Below, one piece after another: positions 27,301-39,800 of a DNA stretch of 64,000 bases (its first letter is position 1; every line of letters begins with the position of its first letter). Source of the stretch: Eledone cirrhosa (Eukaryota). The notes under the pieces are model-generated. The model ran no database searches and was not told the DNA's origin. It saw only the letters and a list, made by a program, of their open reading frames with translations. Both the position numbers and the translations under genes were made by a program. The DNA lies in contig OZ024745.1 in the NCBI GenBank assembly GCA_964016885.1, positions 124,001 to 188,000 on the forward strand. Direction: 5' to 3'.

Positions 27301-30300
27301 ACACCCAGTAAAGTGGTAGTGCTGGTGCTATACACCCAGTAAAGTGGTAGTGCTGGTGCTATATACCCAGTACCCAGTAAAGTGGTAGTGCTGCTGCTAT
27401 ACACCCAGTACCCTGTAAAGTGGTAGTGCTGGTGCTATACACCCAGTACCCAGTAAAGTGGTAGTGCTGGTGCTATACACCCAGTACCCTGTAAAGTGGT
27501 AGTGCTGGTGCTATATACCCAGTACCCAGTAAAGTGGTAGTGCTGGTGCTATACACCCAGTAAAGTGGTAGTGCTGGTACTATACACCCAGTAAAGTGGT
27601 AGTGCTGGTGCTATACACCCAGTAAAGTGGTAGTGCTGGTGCTATATACCCAGTACCCAGTAAAGTGGTAGTGCTGGTGCTATACACCCAGTACCCAGTA
27701 AAGTGGTAGTGCTGGTGCTATACACCCAGTACCCTGTAAAGTGGTAGTGCTGGTGCTATACACCCAGTACCCTGTAAAGTGGTAGTGCTGGTGCTATACA
27801 CCCAGTACCCTGTAAAGTGGTAGTGCTGGTGCTATACACCCAGTACCCTGTAAAGTGGTAGTGCTGGTACTATATACCCAGTACCCTGTAAAGTGGTAGT
27901 GCTGGTGCTATATACCCAGTACCCTGTAAAGTGGTAGTGCTGGTACTATATACCCAGTACCCAGTAAAGTGGTAGTGCTGGTACTATACACCCAGTACCC
28001 AGTAAAGTGGTAGTGCTGGTACTATACACCCAGTACCCAGTAAAGTGGTAGTGCTGGTACTATATACCCAGTACCCAGTAAAGTGGTAGTGCTGGTGCTA
28101 TACACCCAGTACCCAGTAAAGTGGTAGTGCTGGTGCTATACACCCAGTACCCTGTAAAGTGGTAGTGCTGGTGCTATATACCCAGTACCCAGTAAAGTGG
28201 TAGTGCTGGTACTATACACCCAGTACCCAGTAAAGTGGTAGTGCTGGTGCTATACACCCAGTACCCAGTAAAGTGGTAGTGCTGGTACTATATACCCAGT
28301 ACCCAGTAAAGTGGTAGTGCTGGTGCTATACACCCAGTACCCAGTAAAGTGGTAGTGCTGGTGCTATACACCCAGTACCCTGTAAAGTGGTAGTGCTGGT
28401 GCTATATACCCAGTACCCAGTAAAGTGGTAGTGCTGGTGCTATATACCCAGTACCCAGTAAAGTGGTAGTGCTGGTGCTATACACCCAGTACCCTGTAAA
28501 GTGGTAGTGCTGTTGCTATATACCCAGTACCCAGTACCCTGTAAAGTGGTAGTGCTGTTGCTATATACCCAGTACCCAGTAAAGTGGTAGTGCGGGTACT
28601 ATACACCCAGTACCCTGTAAAGTGGTAGTGCTGGTGCTATAAACCCAGTACCCTGTAAAGTGGTAGTGCTGGTGCTATATACCCAGTACCCTGTAAAGTG
28701 GTAGTGCTGGTACTATATACCCAGTACCCTGTAAAGTGGTAGTGCTGGTGCTATACACCCAGTACCCTGTAAAGTGGTAGTGCTGGTGCTATATACCCAG
28801 TACCCTGTAAAGTGGTAGTGCTGGTGCTATACACCCAGTACCCAGTAAAGTGGTAGTGCTGTTGCTATATACCCAGTACCCAGTAAAGTGGTAGTGCTGG
28901 TGCTATACACCCAGTACCTAGTAAAGTTGTAGTGCTGGTGCTATACACCCAGTACCCTGTAAAGTGGTAGTGCTGGTGCTATATACCCAGTACCCTGTAA
29001 AGTGGTAGTGCTGGTACTATACACCCAGTAAAGTGGTAGTGCTGGTGCTATACACCCAGTAAAGTGGTAGTGCTGGTGCTATATACCCAGTACCCAGTAA
29101 AGTGGTAGTGCTGGTGCTATACACCCAGTACCCTGTAAAGTGGTAGTGCTGCTGCTATACACCCAGTACCCAGTAAAGTGGTAGTGCTGGTGCTATACAC
29201 CCAGTACCCAGTAAAGTGGTAGTGCTGGTGCTATACACCCAGTACCCTGTAAAGTGGTAGTGCTGGTGCTATATACCCAGTACCCTGTAAAGTGGTAGTG
29301 CTGGTACTATACACCCAGTAAAGTGGTAGTGCTGGTGCTATACACCCAGTAAAGTGGTAGTGCTGGTGCTATATACCCAGTACCCAGTAAAGTGGTAGTG
29401 CTGGTGCTATACACCCAGTACCCTGTAAAGTGGTAGTGCTGGTGCTATACACCCAGTACCCAGTAAAGTGGTAGTGCTGGTGCTATACACCCAGTACCCT
29501 GTAAAGTGGTAGTGCTGGTGCTATACACCCAGAACCCAGTAAAGTGGTAGTGCTGGTGCTATACACCCAGTACCCAGTAAAGTGGTAGTGCTGGTGCTAT
29601 ACACCCAGTACCCTGTAAAGTGGTAGTGCTGGTGCTATACACCCAGTACCCTGTAAAGTGGTAGTGCTGGTGCTATACACCCAGTACCCAGTAAAGTGGT
29701 AGTGCTGGTGCTATACACCCAGTACCCAGTATAGTGGTAGTGCTGGTGCTATACACCCAGTACCCAGTAAAGTGGTAGTGCTGGTGCTATACACCCAGTA
29801 CCCTGTAAAGTGGTAGTGCTGGTGCTATACACCCAGTACCCAGTAAAGTGGTAGTGCTGGTGCTATACACCCAGTACCCAGTAAAGTGGTAGTGCTGGTG
29901 CTATACACCCAGTACCCTGTAAAGTGGTAGTGCTGGTGCTATACACCCAGTACCCTGTAAAGTGGTAGTGCTGGTGCTATACACCCAGTACCCTGTAAAG
30001 TGGTAGTGCTGGTACTATATACCCAGTACCCTGTAAAGTGGTAGTGCTGGTGCTATATACCCAGTACCCTGTAAAGTGGTAGTGCTGGTGCTATACACCC
30101 AGTACCCAGTAAAGTGGTAGTGCTGGTACTATATACCCAGTACCCAGTAAAGTGGTAGTGCTGGTGCTATACACCCAGTACCCTGTAAAGTGGTAGTGCT
30201 GGTGCTATACACCCAGTACCCAGTAAAGTGTTAGTGCTGGTGCTATACACCCAGTACCCAGTAAAGTGGTAGTGCTGGTGCTATACACCCAGTACCCTGT

Positions 30301-32340
30301 AAAGTGGTAGTGCTGGTGCTATACACCCAGTACCCTGTAAAGTGGTAGTGCTGGTGCTATACACCCAGTACCCAGTAAAGTGGTAGTGCTGGTGCTATAC
30401 ACCCAGTACCCTGTAAAGTGGTAGTGCTGGTACTATACACCCAGTACCCTGTAAAGTGGTAGTGCTGGTGCTATACACCCAGTACCCTGTAAAGTGGTAG
30501 TGCTGGTGCTATACACCCAGTACCCTGTAAAGTGGTAGTGCTGGTACTATACACCCAGTACCCTGTAAAGTGGTAGTGCTGGTGCTATATACCCAGTACC
30601 CTGTAAAGTGGTAGTGCTGGTGCTATACACCCAGTACCCTGTAAAGTGGTAGTGCTGGTGCTATACACCCAGTACCCTGTAAAGTGGTAGTGCTGGTGCT
30701 ATATACCCAGTACCCTGTAAAGTGGTAGTGCTGGTGCTATACACCCAGTACCCTGTAAAGTGGTAGTGCTGGTGCTATACACCCAGTACCCTGTAAAGTG
30801 GTAGTGCTGGTGCTATACACCCAGTACCCTGTAAAGTGGTAGTGCTGGTACTATACACCCAGTACCCTGTAAAGTGGTAGTGCTGGTGCTATATACCCAG
30901 TACCCTGTAAAGTGGTAGTGCTGGTGCTATACACCCAGTACCCTGTAAAGTGGTAGTGCTGGTGCTATACACCCAGTACCCTGTAAAGTGGTAGTGCTGG
31001 TGCTATATACCCAGTACCCTGTAAAGTGGTAGTGCTGGTGCTATACACCCAGTTCCCTGTAAAGTGGTAGTGCTGGTGCTATACACCCAGTACCCTGTAA
31101 AGTGGTAGTGCTGGTACTATACACCCAGTACCCTGTAAAGTGGTAGTGCTGGTGCTATACACCCAGTACCCTGTAAAGTGGTAGTGCTGGTGCTATACAC
31201 CCAGTACCCTGTAAAGTGGTAGTGCTGGTGCTATATACCCAGTACCCAGTAAAGTGGTAGTGCTGGTACTATATACCCAGTACCCAGTAAAGTGGTAGTG
31301 CTGGTACTATATACCCAGTAAAGTGGTAGTGCTGGTGCTATATACCCAGTACCCTGTAAAGTGGTAGTGCTGGTACTATATACCCAGTACCCAGTAAAGT
31401 GGTAGTGCTGGTGCTATACACCCAGTACCCTGTAAAGTGGTAGTGCTGGTACTATATACCCAGTACCCAGTAAAGTGGTAGTGCTGGTGCTATACACCCA
31501 GTACCCTGTAAAGTGGTAGTGCTGGTACTATACACCCAGTAAAGTGGTAGTGCTGGTACTATACACCCAGTACCCTGTAAAGTGGTAGTGCTGGTACTAT
31601 ATACCCAGTACCCTGTAAAGTGGTAGTGCTGGTACTATATACCCAGTACCCTGTAAAGTGGTAGTGCTGGTGCTATATACCCAGTACCCTGTAAAGTGGT
31701 AGTGCTGGTACTATATACCCAGTACCCTGTAAAGTGGTAGTGCTGGTACTATACACCCAGTACCCTGTAAAGTGGTAGTGCTGGTGCTATATACCCAGTA
31801 CCCAGTAAAGTGGTAATGCTGGTGCTATATACCCAGTACCCTGTAAAGTGGTAGTGCTGGTGCTATACACCCAGTACCCTGTAAAGTGGTAGTGCTGGTG
31901 CTATATACCCAGTACCCTGTAAAGTGGTAGTGCTGGTGCTATATACCCAGTACCCTGTAAAGTGGTAGTGCTGGTGCTATACACCCAGTACCCTGTAAAG
32001 TGGTAGTGCTGGTACTATACACCCAGTACCCTGTAAAGTGGTAGTGCTGGTGCTATATACCCAGTACCCTGTAAAGTGGTAGTGCTGGTGCTATATACCC
32101 AGTAAAGTGGTAGTGCTGGTGCTATATACCCAGTACCCTGTAAAGTGGTAGTGCTGGTGCTATACACCCAGTACCCTGTAAAGTGGTAGTGCTGGTGCTA
32201 TATACCCAGTAAAGTGGTAGTGCTGGTGCTATATACCCAGTACCCTGTAAAGTGGTAGTGCTGGTACTATACACCCAGTACCCTGTAAAGTGGTAGTGCT
32301 GGTGCTATACACCCAGTACCCTGTAAAGTGGTAGTGCTGT
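6372..32340 (+). repeat. Satellite 1: 38-bp unit (31-bp variant), ~26 kb, roughly 690 monomers
   Basis: Consensus ACCCAGTACCC(T/A)GTAAAGTGGTAGTGCTGGT(G/A)CTATA(C/T). The 31-bp variant lacks one 7-bp cccagta sub-repeat. Confidence 0.99.
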
Positions 32341-32639
32341 TGTCAAGGTAAAATGCACCCTGTGATAAACTGTGCCATATATTTGGCAACAATAAAAGAG
32401 ATTAGAATTGAGAGGGAATGCAAGAACACTTTAATGGAGAAGCATCAAAGTCCAGATTGGGTGTTTCAGGAGGTTATAATGTCAAGACTGAATAATCATC
32501 ATCATATCATTATCATTATGATCATCCTTTTTACCTTGGCTTTTCCACGCTGGCAGAGGTTGGAAGGGACTTTTTGAGACAATGAAACCAAATATCAACG
32601 ATGCTGCATAATAAACTAAAATGTAATATTGCTAATAGA

Positions 32640-32928
32640 AGTAAAAACCCCTTTTGTCATGAATTACCATGGGATTTGCACCTAAAAAGTTTCCCTTCCG
32701 AGGTACAATCCCTGCAGTCGCCCATGCATACCAGTCTCCCCTCTCCACACCAAGGGAAAGGCAATGGCTGATACAGTTTGGTACCAGTGACGTTGCAACT
32801 CATTTCTACAGCTGAGTAAACTGGAGCAACATGAAATAAAGTGTCTTGCTCAAGAACACAACATGTCTGGGGATCAAACTCACAACCTCACGGCTGTAAA
32901 TCCCACTTTCTAACCACAAAACCACAGC
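32640..32928 (-). mobile_element. tRNA-derived SINE, family B head and core (CORE/Meta-like domain) with a different tail
   Basis: ctcatttctacagctgagtaaactggagcaacatgaaataaagtgtcttgctcaag followed by a reversed tRNA-like head (...atcaaactcacaacc...ctaaccac). Confidence 0.8.
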
Positions 32929-33029
32929 AATACAAAATAGTACATTAAAAAATTGTTGAGATATGTATCTTGTAATGAATATTACTATTACATATTGCAT
33001 ACTTGTGTAGAGAAGAGGTAGAGTGAGCT

Positions 33030-33674
33030 AGCAGCCAGACTAACAGGAAAGCAAGACTTTGTATGTAATAGACATTCAAGGACAATTAATAGTAAGAGTG
33101 TATATGATATTGACTTTTACAATCCCAGAAAGGATTTATAGAAGTGGTTGATAACTTCTGCTACCTAGGTAATATAGCAGTGAAAGAGAGTGCTCCAAGA
33201 ACATAGTAGCTAGAAAAAAAGACAAGATAGAAGAAATTTAGGGGGTACTACCTCTTGACAATGAAAGGTTTCTACTTATGAACAAAAGGTCAGCTGTATG
33301 TAGAAGATATATGAACACTAGAGAGAAATGAAGCAAGCATATTTCAATGGATGCGCAATGTTAATGTGTAAGAATGACATAGCATAGATGAACTGATAGA
33401 CAAACTGGATATAAGAGGAATCAGATATCAGAAGAGAAAAGACTGTGCTGGTATGGACATGTGATACATATGGTGAAAATGTGCCAAAAACTCCCAGTGA
33501 AAGAAAGTTGCAGTAGAAGACCAAGGGTGACTTGGGTGGAGATGGTGAGAGCTGATCTTAAATCACTGAAGTACACAGCTGAGATGAAAGAAGGCAGTAA
33601 GTGGAGAGATGTACTGAAAAAGACCTCTCCAATCCATGCAAGTATGGAACAGTGGATGTAAAATGATGATGATG
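33030..33674 (+). mobile_element. Decayed 3' fragment of an RTE LINE
   Basis: EVVDNFCYLG-like and R.CWYGHV-like remnants, collinear with 63040-63600. Ends in ccaatccatgcaagtatgg...aa(tga)n. Confidence 0.8.
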
Positions 33675-33768
33675 ACTTTTAAAATATGTCAGAAATGCCA
33701 GTGGACAGGTTATCAGAGATCAAGTCAGTATCGAAGCTGTTGTTTTCCCAGACATGATATTGTCTATA

Positions 33769-33912
33769 TCATCATTTAATGTCTATTGTCCATGTTTATA
33801 TGGATTAGACCAGTTGTCATGTACCACACAAGACAGGTCAACTGACCACATCTGTCTCATTCACTATCGTTTCAGGTTGGTCTCTATGGCTATACGTCCT
33901 TCCGAATGCCAA
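33769..33912 (-). mobile_element. RTE-type 3' tail adjoining the 47-bp array
   Basis: Reverse complement reads ggttggcattcggaagg...gccatagagacc...gtctaatccatataaacatggacaatagacattaaatgat. Confidence 0.7.
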
Positions 33913-34386
33913 CCACCTTACAGGGCGGTTTGGGTACATTTTATTATGGCACCAACACAACCACCTTACAGGGTGGACGGGGTACATTTTATTATGGCAC
34001 CAACACAGGCACCTTACAGGGTGGACTGGGTACATTTTATCATGGCACCAACAGCCACCTTACAGGGTGGACTGGGTACATTTTATTATGGCACCAACAC
34101 AGCCACCTTATAGGGTGGACGGGATACATTTTATTATGGCACTAACACTACAACCTTACAGGGTGGACGGGGTTCATTTTATCATGGCACCAACACAGCC
34201 ACCTTACAGAGTGGACTGGGTACATTTTATCATGGCACCAACAGCCACCTTACAGGGTGGACTGGGTACATTTTATCATGGCACCAACACTACAACCTTA
34301 CAGGGTGGACTGGGTACATTTTATTATGGCACCAACACTACCTTATAGAGTGGACTGGGTACATTTTATTATGGCACTAACACTAC
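33910..34386 (-). repeat. ~47-bp minisatellite, ~10 copies
   Basis: Minus-strand unit tgtgttggtgccataataaaatgtacccagtccaccctgtaaggtgg. Confidence 0.92.
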
Positions 34387-34586
34387 CTCATTACATACAT
34401 GTGTGCGCATATATATACATACATACATGCATATACATATGCATGTATGTATGTATAGTCCCATAACTCCCTCTGGAGTTGCAGGGGCACCATATTGACA
34501 TACAGTGTTTCTTGGGTATTTCTAAACTTGGTGGAGTCCATCTCCTCCCCAGGTCTGAATACAACAGATTTCTTCCAGAGAAGGAT

Positions 34587-34853
34587 GATGTGTTGTTTCT
34601 TTGAGCAAGACACTTTATTTCACGTTGCTCCAGTTCACTCAGCTGTAGAAATGAGATGATAGGGTCTGGGGTCCATATCACTCCACTGCAAAGTGGTCGT
34701 GTAGGTGCCACAGCAAAAAAGCACCCAGCACTCACTGTAAATGAGGTTGGTGTTAGGAAGGGCATCCAGCTGTAGAAATCAAGCCAGAATCAGTTCCCAT
34801 CCCACCCTTGCAAGCAGGGTAAAAGTGAACCTAAAATGAAATGATGATGATGA
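34587..34853 (+). mobile_element. SINE family B with RTE-type tail, 5'-truncated
   Basis: ctttgagcaagacactttatttcacgttgctccagttcactcagctg core, then ggttggtgttaggaagggcatccagc, then (gat)n. Confidence 0.9.
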
Positions 34854-35041
34854 AGGATAGAGAGGGTGGGAGAAAGAGATAGAGAGGAAGAATCAACCCC
34901 AGTACTTGAGTGGTACTTTATTTTTATATTGATCTCAAATGGAATACATGCACATGAGAGGGGGGAGAAGGGGGGGGATATGGAAAAGGAGGGGGAGAGT
35001 GAGAGTGGGGCGAGGAGAGAGAGAGATAATTTAACAGTTAC

Positions 35042-35126
35042 CTTTTTCTTAGTCTTTGTTTGTGTGATATCAATAACACCATCTTCCCGGTCTCCTCTGT
35101 ACAAAGTAATCCGAACATAGGGATCA
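35042..35126 (-). CDS. NEDD4: Internal coding exon of a NEDD4/NEDD4L-family HECT E3 ubiquitin ligase (C2 domain)
   Basis: Minus strand reads ctgtttcAG|T GAT CCC TAT GTT CGG...ACT AAG AAA AAG|GTaact, giving (S)DPYVRITLYRGDREDGVIDITQTKTKKK. This matches the NEDD4/NEDD4L C2 segment SDPYV(R/K)xxLY...QTKTIKK. Splice sites are canonical, the exon is 85 bp, phase 2 to phase 0. Neighbouring exons (KKDIFGAS; TLNPKWNEEF) were not found by eye. Confidence 0.85.
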
Positions 35127-35231
35127 CTGAAACAGATGAAAATAATGTTAGTATATATACACACATACATACATATATATATGCACACACACACACATTA
35201 CATATAGATTAAATGACATTACCCCTACAAT

Positions 35232-35562
35232 ATCATCATCATTTTACGTCCGCTTTTCCCTGCTTGCAAGGGTGGGACAGGAACTGACTCTGGCTTGATT
35301 TCTACAGCTGGATGCCCTTCCTAACACCAACCTCATTTACAGTGAGTGCTGGGTGCTTTTTTGCCGTGGCACCTCCACGACCACTTTACAGTGGAATGAT
35401 AGGGACCCCAGACCCTATCATCTCATTTCTACAGCTGAGTAAACTGGAGCAATGTGAAATAAAGTGTCTTGCTGAAGGAAACAACACATCACCTGGTCTG
35501 AGAATTGAACTCACAACCTTTCGATTGCAAGCCCAATGCTCTAACCACTAAGCCATGTGCCT
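35232..35562 (-). mobile_element. SINE family B, full length (tRNA head, core, RTE-type tail)
   Basis: Minus strand begins aggcacatggcttagtggttagagc (A-box)...gagttcaattc (B-box). It is a near-identical inverted copy of 34587-34853. Confidence 0.92.
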
Positions 35563-35582
35563 ACAATATGTAAAATTAAAAT

Positions 35583-35700
35583 AATTGTTTCTACTATAGG
35601 CACAAGACCAACAATTTGAAGGGGAGGGGAAAGTTGATTAAATCGACTCCAGTGCATTACTGGTACTTTATTTTATTGACCCCGTAAGGATGAAAGGCAA
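35583..35700 (-). mobile_element. SINE family A, 3' half
   Basis: ggcacaag...ctggtactttattttattgaccccgtaaggatgaaaggcaa. Confidence 0.8.
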
Positions 35701-35879
35701 AACATTTGAAGAAGAAAAAGGAGAATGAGTACAAGAAGAAGTACAAGTTATTTTAAAAGAGAAAAAGTATATAGTTGATTGCTTCTTCCCCTGTACATTG
35801 GTTACAGAAGAAAGAAGAAAAAGGTCACCTACAATATAGCAATATGAATGGAACTTTTGGGGTTCCCCCACCCCCAACA

Positions 35880-36208
35880 CCCAGAGGCTCATTAAACAAG
35901 TGCTTATCCTGGCTTCATCAGCATTAAGTGACAGATTACAAGACACCCAATTGAACAGGACTTCACTCCACAACAAGACTCCCCGTTGAATAGGACACCA
36001 ATCCACAAGACTCCCTGTTGAACAGGACACCAATCCATTACAGAATTAACCCCCAACTATTGTTGGTACCCAATTTCAGAGGAATATACTAGTGCAAAGA
36101 GAAATGAAGTCTCTTTCTGAAGAATACAACACATAACCTAGTCCAGGAATTGAACCCATGACATTATGATCATAAGTCTAACATCCTTACTACTAAGCTA
36201 CACACCTC
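35880..36208 (-). mobile_element. Old, degenerate tRNA-derived SINE
   Basis: Reversed B-box (ggaattgaaccc) and A-box (tactaagcta), with a diverged core gaaatgaagt...acaacaca. Confidence 0.55.
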
Positions 36209-36886
36209 CACTATCCATGGAGTAGTTTAGTCATTAAATGAAAATCTAGTATTTTATACAACCATTCTAAATTGTAATAACACCAACTAACAATCAGAGT
36301 TAAAGATTTCAACAATTTAGAGAGAAAACCTTAATTAGAGCAAATAACACTTGAGATTCATTGAAGAACATTTCAATTTTACAGTTTTTCTGTTTTTAAT
36401 TACTGTAAGTATAGAGTGACCCAGGTTAACTGCCATTTTGAGGGTTATTAATTATAATGGAGTAATTGTTTCATATGTTTCTAGTCATAACTTGTTATAA
36501 CTCTGTGATAGGTTTCTGTTACCTCTCCAGGTAGCTATAAACTTTTAGATATTTACAAGTGATGTTTATAGTTCTGGAAGAGAAAGCGATGTGAGGTGGA
36601 ATAACAAAACCAGATATCAAAATTAAACAATGAAGTTATCATCATCAACATCGTTTTTACATCAACTTTTCAGTGCAGTCATGGGTTGGACAGGACGTTT
36701 TGAAGCAATCTTTTACAACCGGGTGCCCTTTCTCACAGTAATACTTTTAGTCATTTCATACGACACACAGGGATATGGTGTACTTATTTTAAACTGGATA
36801 CATGGTATATCACCAGTTAAACCATGCAAGAAAAAAAACAACCAAAGAAAATTTGTTAATGAAAGTAATATTTCACAAGAAAACAA

Positions 36887-39800
36887 AAGTCAAGACTCTA
36901 GCTGTGGACACTGTTCAAGTCAAGACTAGCTGTGGACACAGTTCAAGTCAAGACTAGCTGTGGACACAGTTCAAGTCAAGACTAGCTGTGGACACAGTTC
37001 AAGTCAAGACTAGCTGTGGACACAGTTCAAGTCAAGACTAGCTGTGGACACAGTTCAAGTCAAGACTAGCTGTGGACACAGTTCAAGTCAAGACTAGCTG
37101 TGGACACAGTTCAAGTCAAGACTAGCTGTGGACACAGTTCAAGTCAAGACTAGCTGTGGACACAGTTCAAGTCAAGACTAGCTGTGGACACAGTTCAAGT
37201 CAAGACTAGCTGTGGACACAGTTCAAGTCAAGACTAGCTGTGGACACAGTTCAAGTCAAGACTAGCTGTGGACACAGTTCAAGTCAAGACTAGCTGTGGA
37301 CACAGTTCAAGTCAAGACTAGCTGTGGACACAGTTCAAGTCAAGACTAGCTGTGGACACAGTTCAAGTCAAGACTAGCTGTGGACACTGTTCAAGTCAAG
37401 ACTAGCTGTGGTCACGGTTCAAGTCAAGAGTAGCTGTGGACACAGTTCAAGTCAAGACTAGCTGTGGACACAGTTCAAGTCAAGACTAGCTGTGGACACT
37501 GTTCAAGTCAAGACTAGCTGTGGACACAGTTCAAGTCAAGACTAGCTGTGGACACAGTTCAAGTCAAGACTAGCTGTAGACACAGTTCAAGTCAAGACTA
37601 GCTGTGGACACTGTTCAAGTCAAGACTAGCTGTGGACACAGTTCAAGTCAAGACTAGCTGTGGACACAGTTCAAGTCAAGACTAGCTGTGGACACAGTTC
37701 AAGTCAAGACTAGCTATGGACACAGTTCAAGTCAAGACTAGCTGTGAACACTGTTCAAGTCAAGACTAGCTGTAGACACTGTTCAAGTCAAGACTAGCTG
37801 TGGACACTGTTCAAGTCAAGACTAGCTGTGGACACAGTTCAAGTCAAGACTAGCTGTGGACACAGTTCAAGTCAAGACTAGCTGTGGACACAGTTCAAGT
37901 CAAGACTAGCAGTGGACACTGTTCAAGTCAAGACTAGCTGTGGACACTGTTCAAGTCAAGACTAGCTGTAGACACAGTTCAAGTCAAGACTAGCTGTGGA
38001 CACTGTTCAAGTCAAGACTAGCTGTGGACACTGTTCAAGTCAAGACTAGCTGTGGACACAGTTCAAGTCAAGACTAGCTGTGGACACAGTTCAAGTCAAG
38101 ACTAGCTGTGGACACTGTTCAAGTCAAGACTAGCTGTGGACACAGTTCAAGTCAAGACTAGCTGTGGACACAGTTCAAGTCAAGACTAGCTGTAGACACA
38201 GTTCAAGTCAAGACTAGCTGTGGACACAGTTCAAGTCAAGACTAGCTGTGGACACAGTTCAAGTCAAGACTAGCTGTGGACACAGTTCAAGTCAAGACTA
38301 GCTGTGGACACAGTTCAAGTCAAGACTAGCTGTGGACACAGTTCAAGTCAAGACTAGCTGTGGACACTGTTCAAGTCAAGACTAGCTGTGGACACAGTTC
38401 AAGTCAAGACTAGCTGTGGACACAGTTCAAGTCAAGACTAGCTGTGGACACAGTTCAAGTCAAGACTAGCTGTGGACACAGTTCAAGTCAAGACTAGCTG
38501 TGGACACTGTTCAAGTCAAGACTAGCTGTAGACACAGTTCAAGTCAAGACTAGCTGTGGACACAGTTCAAGTCAAGACTAGCTGTGGACACTGTTCAAGT
38601 CAAGACTAGCTGTGGACACTGTTCAAGTCAAGACTAGCTGTCGACACTGTTCAAGTCAAGACTAGCTGTGGACACTGTTCAAGTCAAGACTAGCTGTGGA
38701 CACTGTTCAAGTCAAGACTAGCTGTGGACACTGTTCAAGTCAAGACTAGCTGTGGACACAGTTCAAGTCAAGACTAGCTGTGGACACAGTTCAAGTCAAG
38801 ACTAGCTGTGGACACAGTTCAAGTCAAGACTAGCTGTGGACACTGTTCAAGTCAAGACTAGCTGTGGACACTGTTCAAGTCAAGACTAGCTGTGGACACA
38901 GTTCAAGTCAAGACTAGCTGTGGACACAGTTCAAGTCAAGACTAGCTGTGGACACAGTTCAAGTCAAGACTAGCTGTGGACACAGTTCAAGTCAAGACTA
39001 GCTGTGGACACAGTTCAAGTCAAGACTAGCTGTGGACACTGTTCAAGTCAAGACTAGCTGTAGACACAGTTCAAGTCAAGACTAGCTGTGGACACAGTTC
39101 AAGTCAAGACTAGCTGTGGACACTGTTCAAGTCAAGACTAGCTGTGGACACTGTTCAAGTCAAGACTAGCTGTGGACACTGTTCAAGTCAAGACTAGCTG
39201 TGGACACTGTTCAAGTCAAGACTAGCTGTGGACACTGTTCAAGTCAAGACTAGCTGTGGACACTGTTCAAGTCAAGACTAGCTGTGGACACAGTTCAAGT
39301 CAAGACTAGCTGTGGACACAGTTCAAGTCAAGACTAGCTGTGGACACAGTTCAAGTCAAGACTAGCTGTGGACACTGTTCAAGTCAAGACTAGCTGTGGA
39401 CACTGTTCAAGTCAAGACTAGCTGTGGACACAGTTCAAGTCAAGACTAGCTGTGGACACGGTTCAAGTCAAGACTAGCTGTGGACACAGTTCAAGTCAAG
39501 ACTAGCTGTGGACACAGTTCAAGTCAAGACTAGCTGTGGACACAGTTCAAGTCAAGACTAGCTGTGGACACAGTTCAAGTCAAGACTAGCTGTGGACACT
39601 GTTCAAGTCAAGACTAGCTGTGGACACAGTTCAAGTCAAGACTAGCTGTGGACACAGTTCAAGTCAAGACTAGATGTGGACACTGTTCAAGTCAAGACTA
39701 GCTGTGGACACTGTTCAAGTCAAGACTAGCTGTGGACACTGTTCAAGTCAAGACTAGCTGTGGACACTGTTCAAGTCAAGACTAGCTGTGGACACTGTTC

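Noticed and set aside
34615-34650. Hammerhead-like CTGAGTGA...GAAA in the SINE B core (minus strand)
   Set aside because: Core spacing is wrong and no consistent stems I-III could be drawn.
34955-35025. G-rich tract beside the exon donor as an RNA G-quadruplex
   Set aside because: The G runs are on the template strand. The pre-mRNA has a C/U-rich low-complexity tract there.
34790-35194. 134-aa ORF as a complete gene
   Set aside because: Only 35042-35126 resembles a protein and is bounded by splice sites. The rest is intron read-through.
35490-35562. tRNA gene
   Set aside because: The A/B boxes belong to a SINE head attached to a core and tail.
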